Shown here: positions 59,204 to 64,000 of the stretch, one piece after another
How positions within the stretch are numbered: the first letter of the stretch is position 1
Layout: the number at the start of each line of letters is the position of its first letter
Origin: Candidatus Woesearchaeota archaeon
GTDB lineage: Archaea > Nanobdellota > Nanobdellia > Woesearchaeales > ARS49
Length of the DNA stretch: 64,000 nucleotides
NCBI GenBank assembly: GCA_016929895.1
Contig: JAFGHW010000001.1
Span: 135-64,134, forward strand
Direction of reading: 5' to 3'
Translations under genes and position numbers: made by a program
The notes under the pieces: model-generated
The model's database searches: none
Seen by the model: the letters and a program-made list of their open reading frames with translations, nothing else
Told to the model about the DNA's origin: nothing

Positions 59204-59593
59204 TTATTTATATTGATCAAACAATAACTTGCCTAACATTGCTTCATTTTCTTTTTCAATAGATGCAATCTCATCAAGTTCTTCTACAGGAATTCCTGTA
59301 TCTTCTATTAATCTTTGTTTTTGTTCTGGAGTTAAACGACTTAGCCTTGAGTCCAGTGTGCCTCCAGTATATTTTGAGATAGGAACTTTTTTTATCCTAA
59401 TTTCCCCGTCAGGTTCTGTTCTATACTCAAATTCAAGAAAATCACCCCCATAATCAATTTGTAATTGTAATGTTGTTATTTCTCTAAATCTAACATTCTT
59501 TTTTGGTTTAACTGCGGGTTCTATATATATTGTTCTACCATGCCTTACTTCAGGCAATTGTAATTCATATGAACTAACTTTTTCTTTCACCAA
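59204..59593 (-). CDS. Hypothetical protein (129 aa).
   Basis: ORF track. Convergent with the surface cluster. Confidence 0.35.
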   Translation of the reverse strand: MVKEKVSSYELQLPEVRHGRTIYIEPAVKPKKNVRFREITTLQLQIDYGGDFLEFEYRTEPDGEIRIKKVPISKYTGGTLDSRLSRLTPEQKQRLIEDTGIPVEELDEIASIEKENEAMLGKLLFDQYK

Positions 59594-60472
59594 CTATTCC
59601 AACCCCTGCTTAAGAATATCTAATAACTCATCTTGATTTTTATTTGGAGTTTGTACAGGACTAACTTCTTCTGGTTTGGATTCTGAACCAACAGGCAAAT
59701 CAATATTATCTTCTGTCTGAATATCCTCAAAAAAAGAATCAAGCTCACTATCAGTAGAAACAACATCAGAAACAGTTGGAGTATTATCAACAACACCAAC
59801 AAAACCCATCTTATAAACCACAAAAGCAAGAATAACAATAACCAAGATACCTGCGCCCCATTTCCACAAACCAAACCCCTTCTTAACAGATTCTTCTTTA
59901 ACAGAATCCTCCTTAAAACTGCTATCAACCATATCATTAACATCCTCTTCCTCAGGACCAGGGTGTTTTTCAGGCTCATCCTCTGGCTCATCCTCTGGCT
60001 CATCAGGCATTGGCTCTTCAAACTCATCTAATTCCTCTTTTCCCAGAGAGCTTTGCTCGATGGGCGCAGAAAAATCATCCTGATTTTTCTCGCGTGTATC
60101 TACCACGTCTTCATCCTGCACAGCCTCATCATCAATTATAGGAGGAATTTTATCAGCAGAAATATCTTCAGAAGCCATTTCTTCTGTATACGCATCATCA
60201 GAACTAGTATCAAGATTAGGCTCGTCATCATCATCAGATTCTTCAAAATCGTCATTTGGAGAATTAAAAGAACCAGAACCAACCTCAATATCTTCCTTTA
60301 TATCATCAAGAATATCCTTTTCAACACTATCAGCAGAAAGATCTTCACCAGTAGGAGTATCCAAAGGTTCTTCTTCAACTACCATTTCTTCTTTATCCTC
60401 AGATTCTTTATTTTTTTCCTCGCTTTCCAAGGATTTTCCAACGTCCAATGAATAACCAAATCTCTCAACCAT
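59594..60472 (-). CDS. Highly acidic (Asp/Glu-rich) single-pass membrane protein.
   Basis: Preferred over the mirror ORFs 59620..60027(-) and 60053..60451(+). TM helix GAGILVIVILAFVVY. Confidence 0.4.
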   Translation of the reverse strand: MVERFGYSLDVGKSLESEEKNKESEDKEEMVVEEEPLDTPTGEDLSADSVEKDILDDIKEDIEVGSGSFNSPNDDFEESDDDDEPNLDTSSDDAYTEEMASEDISADKIPPIIDDEAVQDEDVVDTREKNQDDFSAPIEQSSLGKEELDEFEEPMPDEPEDEPEDEPEKHPGPEEEDVNDMVDSSFKEDSVKEESVKKGFGLWKWGAGILVIVILAFVVYKMGFVGVVDNTPTVSDVVSTDSELDSFFEDIQTEDNIDLPVGSESKPEEVSPVQTPNKNQDELLDILKQGLE

Positions 60473-60552
60473 TTAACCCACCGTGACTATAATACTCCTA
60501 TTAATACCTAATTTAAATAGATTTATATACCGCGCACTATATATAGAAGAAT

Positions 60553-61539
60553 ATGAATTTTCAAGGACTTGCCAAAATAGAAAAGCCAGACTTTTACATA
60601 GATGTAGCTTTTCGCAAAGCAAACAAACGCGCCGGAAATGTTCGCAGCAAATTGCAAGGCAAAAAACTTAACAGAATGAAAAAATCCAAAATAATCGAAC
60701 TAGACAAAATAGCCACTGTAAAACAATCCTTAATCAATCAAATGGACAACATACTAACTTCTTACCCCCAAACAGCACATTTAAACCCGTTTTATTTAGA
60801 ACTAGTAAAATCCACCTTAGACTATTACATGCTTAAAAAATCATTAGGCGCACTGAACTGGGTTAAAAAACAAATAAACATATTATTTAGAAACTACAAC
60901 GAAAAAATTAAAAAAAGCAAAAACCTGGAATCCATAAACAAATACCGGAATGAATTCTACGGCAGAGCAGTATCTGTAATCAAACAAGTCAAGAAAAATC
61001 TGGAATACTTAGAGCATGCAAGAAAAATAATGAAAGAATACCCCTCAATAAAAACAGGAATGACCACAATAGTAATTGCCGGCCACCCAAATGTTGGAAA
61101 AAGCACTTTATTAAAAGCATTAACCGGCGCAAAACCCGCGATAGCAACCTATCCATTTACCACAAAAAAAATAATGCTTGGATACATAGAAAAAAAAATA
61201 CAATTCATTGACACGCCGGGATTATTAGACAGGCCTATTGAAAAGCGAAACAAAATCGAAAAACAAGCAATCTTAGCTTTAAAACATTTAGCTGAAAAAA
61301 TGATATTTATGCTAGACCCATCTGAAACATGCGGATACTTAATACAAGACCAAATTAAATTAATGAATGAGATGAAAAAGACATTAAAAATTAAAACAAT
61401 AGTAGTTCTTAATAAAATTGATTTGGCTTCAGCAGAACAAATGAAAAAAATTTCAAAACTAAAAGCACTGCCTATTTCTGCTGAAAAAAATAAAGGAATA
61501 GATGAACTGAAGAAAAAAATAATCGTTCTGGCTCAGTGA
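60553..61539 (+). CDS. Nog1-family GTPase (NOG1 N-terminal domain + Obg/DRG-type G domain).
   Basis: G1 GHPNVGKSTLL, G2 YPFTT, G3 DTPGLLD, G4 NKID. Long N-terminal helical NOG1-type domain. Confidence 0.8.
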   Translation: MNFQGLAKIEKPDFYIDVAFRKANKRAGNVRSKLQGKKLNRMKKSKIIELDKIATVKQSLINQMDNILTSYPQTAHLNPFYLELVKSTLDYYMLKKSLGALNWVKKQINILFRNYNEKIKKSKNLESINKYRNEFYGRAVSVIKQVKKNLEYLEHARKIMKEYPSIKTGMTTIVIAGHPNVGKSTLLKALTGAKPAIATYPFTTKKIMLGYIEKKIQFIDTPGLLDRPIEKRNKIEKQAILALKHLAEKMIFMLDPSETCGYLIQDQIKLMNEMKKTLKIKTIVVLNKIDLASAEQMKKISKLKALPISAEKNKGIDELKKKIIVLAQ

Positions 61540-61583
61540 TAACTAACCGAAGCTTTAAATACTGCCAAAAGCCAATTTCTAAG

Positions 61584-63041
61584 ATGAGCATATGTAGTTC
61601 ACTAAAGAATATTGCGACTAAAGCAGTTATTGGAGGGATAATAATAGGAAGTTTTCTATTTGGAGAAAAAGCAAATGCAGAAGATGCAAAACCGCAAAAA
61701 GAACCAACTCCAATAATGAAAACAAACCCATCAGAACAATTCAAAAAACCAGAAAGAAAGACAATACTAAATCTTGCCAAATCCCCATTAGACGATTTTA
61801 GCGCAAATTCAAAAATATGGTATTCTATCAATCAAGGATTTGGAAAAATAAGCGATGAACTCGCAGGAGAACTAAACCTTGACGACCACATATTAGGAAG
61901 AATAGGACAAGTAGCAGTTTTTGGTTATCTAAATTATGCAACAGAATATTATTCACACGAACTGGCGCACAATTATGAAACAAGAAAAAAATCATTATTT
62001 AGCGGAGTTGGAATAGATTTTTCAGACTGGAGCATGGGCGTTCCAAAATACAACAGCCCCGCGTATATAGTTCGGTTATACGATTTATTTGATATTTTTA
62101 CAACAGAAAAAGAAGAAAAAGAGTATTTAAGAACAATAACAAACGGACTAAACCAAGACGAACTAGACGCCGCGCTAGTTCACAGGGAAAGCGTCCTAAA
62201 GAAAAACCTCAGTTTTGATGAAGCAATATCTTACCTTATACCTAAAAATCTGGATTTATTCTATATAATACTATCAACAAAAGGAGGACTTAACTACCGA
62301 GCAAACTACAAACCGATAAATAAATTACAATCCAACTTTGAACCAAGCATAGAAAACCAAGGATTATGGAATGACATAGACATGTACCTGCATCATTTGC
62401 ACAGAAAAGGCTTATACAGGCAAAAAGCAGATGATCCTTACAATTATTTAGCATTTGGATGGAAAGAAGGCATGACATTCAAAGGAATTGAGCTAAGCAA
62501 AAAAGAATTATTTATTCAGGCATTGATTGCAGACGCACTTTCAGTAAAAACATATGACAGCACAAGGGCATTGTATAAGTACATTGCAAAAGGTGAACGA
62601 AACACAAAACCATTCACATTCAAACTGGGCAGAACAGAAATAACACCTCCTCAAATAACACATCTTTTAACAAAAGAAGGAAGTTTTTATGACACTAACG
62701 CATTTTTTAATATTGCAGGAAAAATCTTATTAGAAACCAATCTGGGTACAGATGTAGATTTTATAGGACATGGAAAAGCAAGGCATTTAAGAACAGGAGG
62801 CAAACTGCACATGACTGAAAAAGGAATAAACATAAGGCCTTTTTTATACATTAACTCAAGCAGAGGAAGAATATTCAAATACAAGGGAATTTCTTCAGGA
62901 TTAGAATTGGCACTAGGAATGCCTGATTCACTTGAAATTATAGTTGGTGCAGGATTCAATGAAAACGATTTGATAGAAAATGATGTGAAAGGAAAAGAAA
63001 ATGGAATCGATTTTACTGTTGGAGTAAACATTATTTATTAA
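61584..63041 (+). CDS. Secreted protein with an HExxH motif (putative zinc metallopeptidase). The start is taken at the internal Met (MSICSSLKN...) of track ORF 61536..63041.
   Basis: Signal-like AVIGGIIIGSFLFGEKANA. YYSHELAHNYE contains HELAH. Confidence 0.35.
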   Translation: MSICSSLKNIATKAVIGGIIIGSFLFGEKANAEDAKPQKEPTPIMKTNPSEQFKKPERKTILNLAKSPLDDFSANSKIWYSINQGFGKISDELAGELNLDDHILGRIGQVAVFGYLNYATEYYSHELAHNYETRKKSLFSGVGIDFSDWSMGVPKYNSPAYIVRLYDLFDIFTTEKEEKEYLRTITNGLNQDELDAALVHRESVLKKNLSFDEAISYLIPKNLDLFYIILSTKGGLNYRANYKPINKLQSNFEPSIENQGLWNDIDMYLHHLHRKGLYRQKADDPYNYLAFGWKEGMTFKGIELSKKELFIQALIADALSVKTYDSTRALYKYIAKGERNTKPFTFKLGRTEITPPQITHLLTKEGSFYDTNAFFNIAGKILLETNLGTDVDFIGHGKARHLRTGGKLHMTEKGINIRPFLYINSSRGRIFKYKGISSGLELALGMPDSLEIIVGAGFNENDLIENDVKGKENGIDFTVGVNIIY

Positions 63042-63569
63042 TCATCTTATAATCCTTGCCCTGGGACCAAAAACCCTCTTAGCCAAAGAACGCGTTGTTT
63101 CTCTTCTTGAATACCTTATTCCCAGCCAAATAAAAATAACACCTATCAAAATATAGGAAACAGTCAACGCCCAGACACGAGGCATTGAATGAGCAAGATA
63201 AGTATCCAAATAAGGCTCAATAAGATTAAATTGTTTTAGATATGTTCTAATAAAACCAAAAACAAACTCCTTGTTATAAACAGAAAAAACCAAAGCCAAA
63301 CTTCCTGGAACAAACGTGGCAAGACCTAAACTAAAAAAAGTTCTTCCGATAGAATTATTATAAATATAAAGAACAAAAGCACTAATTACAACCAAACCAA
63401 CAGCAAAAAAAATCATAGACTTTGCATAAACAACAGAAGTCCACAAATGCTCTGGAAAAAAAACAAAAAACAGCAAAGGAATCATAATTGAGAGACCGGC
63501 AATATAAACAAAATGAGCAATAAAACTAATTAACAAGCCGACTATTACAGACCTCTTTTTTTCTCTCAT
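63042..63569 (-). CDS. Integral membrane protein (5 TM), unknown function.
   Basis: ORF track. Hydrophobic profile. Confidence 0.4.
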   Translation of the reverse strand: MREKKRSVIVGLLISFIAHFVYIAGLSIMIPLLFFVFFPEHLWTSVVYAKSMIFFAVGLVVISAFVLYIYNNSIGRTFFSLGLATFVPGSLALVFSVYNKEFVFGFIRTYLKQFNLIEPYLDTYLAHSMPRVWALTVSYILIGVIFIWLGIRYSRRETTRSLAKRVFGPRARIIR

Positions 63570-63753
63570 TATTATGCAAAGAAATTTTGAAATTTATAAA
63601 CGTTTTGGAAGAAAAAAAATGGAAAACATAAATAAGCCATATAAATGTTATGCTTTCCAAACTGTAGTTGAGGAAAAATCTATGCAAATATAACAGTTTC
63701 CTCAGCTAAAAAATAGCGAAAGATATAAAAACACCAAATATAAAAAACAGCAT

Positions 63754-64000
63754 ATGCTCACACTAACAATATTATTATTTGTATTAAGCTGTGTAGTATT
63801 AGTAGTAAGCGGTTCTTTTTTAGTAAGAAGCCTTGTAATAATAACGAGATTTCTAAAAATCACTGAATACATGGGCGCATTTATAATAATGGCGTTCTCC
63901 ACATCATTACCAGAACTATTCATAGGAATAAGCTCTGCAATAGCAAAAAATTCTTCTCTAGCCTTTGGAACTGTTATTGGTTCTAACATAGCAGACATAA
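63754..64000 (+). CDS. Na+/Ca2+ exchanger (CaCA family) membrane protein, 5' part only (runs off the window).
   Basis: Manual translation MLTLTILLFVLSCVVLVVSGSFLVRSLVIITRFLKITEYMGAFIIMAFSTSLPELFIGISSAIAKNSSLAFGTVIGSNIADI contains the alpha-1 repeat signature (TSLPEL ... GTVIGSNI). Confidence 0.6.
   Translation, partial: MLTLTILLFVLSCVVLVVSGSFLVRSLVIITRFLKITEYMGAFIIMAFSTSLPELFIGISSAIAKNSSLAFGTVIGSNIADI

Noticed and set aside
63702-63998. 98-aa minus-strand ORF at the window end
   Set aside because: The + strand here encodes a clear CaCA exchanger N-terminus (TSLPEL ... GTVIGSNI).
1-64000. CRISPR arrays, integrases, transposases, prophage hallmarks
   Set aside because: No direct-repeat/spacer array, no recombinase- or transposase-like ORF, and no terminal inverted repeats were seen. 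The surface cluster is therefore not obviously a mobile element.

Overview
This is a gene-dense, AT-rich (~35% GC) archaeal chromosomal segment. The combination of archaeal r-proteins (L21e, L31e, L39e, S19e, S6e), the exosome superoperon, Pop5, Cbf5, RpoF/RpoK, Pth2, SepF, intron-containing tRNAs and many GGAGG-type Shine-Dalgarno motifs suggests a small-genome DPANN-like archaeon. All calls were made by reading the sequence and the ORF translations only; no searches were run.

Housekeeping content, left to right:
- L21e-RpoF-DUF655 operon, a SepF homologue, a ZPR1 zinc-finger protein and endonuclease V.
- tRNA-Lys(CTT) with a canonical anticodon-loop intron.
- The complete exosome superoperon (Pop5, proteasome alpha, SBDS/Sdo1, Rrp4, Rrp41, Rrp42, RpoK), followed by arginine decarboxylase PdaD.
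- A MoxR-DUF58-VWA/BatA operon.
- Cbf5, then a candidate tRNA-Leu(TAA) with a non-canonical T-loop intron.
- An S19e-L39e-ORF-L31e cluster. L39e is missed by the ORF track; S19e and L31e carry Lys/Glu-rich tails.
- A Cas4-like Fe-S nuclease + JAB-like gene pair.
- ThrRS, signal peptidase, Pth2, a Trx-CcdA fusion, a DUF134/NifX-like/DUF5320 cluster, S6e, a Nog1 GTPase, and a partial CaCA exchanger at the 3' edge.

Most notable is a ~22 kb co-directional cluster (about 37.1-59.2 kb) of 12+ secreted or membrane proteins with no recognisable enzymes. It is built as a triplicated module:
- Three large paralogues (818, 726 and 654 aa) share an archaeal class III (type IV pilin-like) signal-peptide-like N-terminus (K-[KR]-[GA]|QVT[LI]FI) and a carboxypeptidase-regulatory-like beta-sandwich motif.
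- Three proteins (474, 1104 and 1865 aa) share a previously unrecognised Cys-rich module (C-x-C-x-P-x-[IV]...YNL/W..K...C), plus Ig-like repeats in the larger two.
- This is a candidate novel cell-surface or attachment apparatus.

A second giant (1476 aa) type I membrane protein, built from four ~200-aa Cys/Trp-rich repeats, lies at 21-25.4 kb. No CRISPR array, integrase or transposase was seen.
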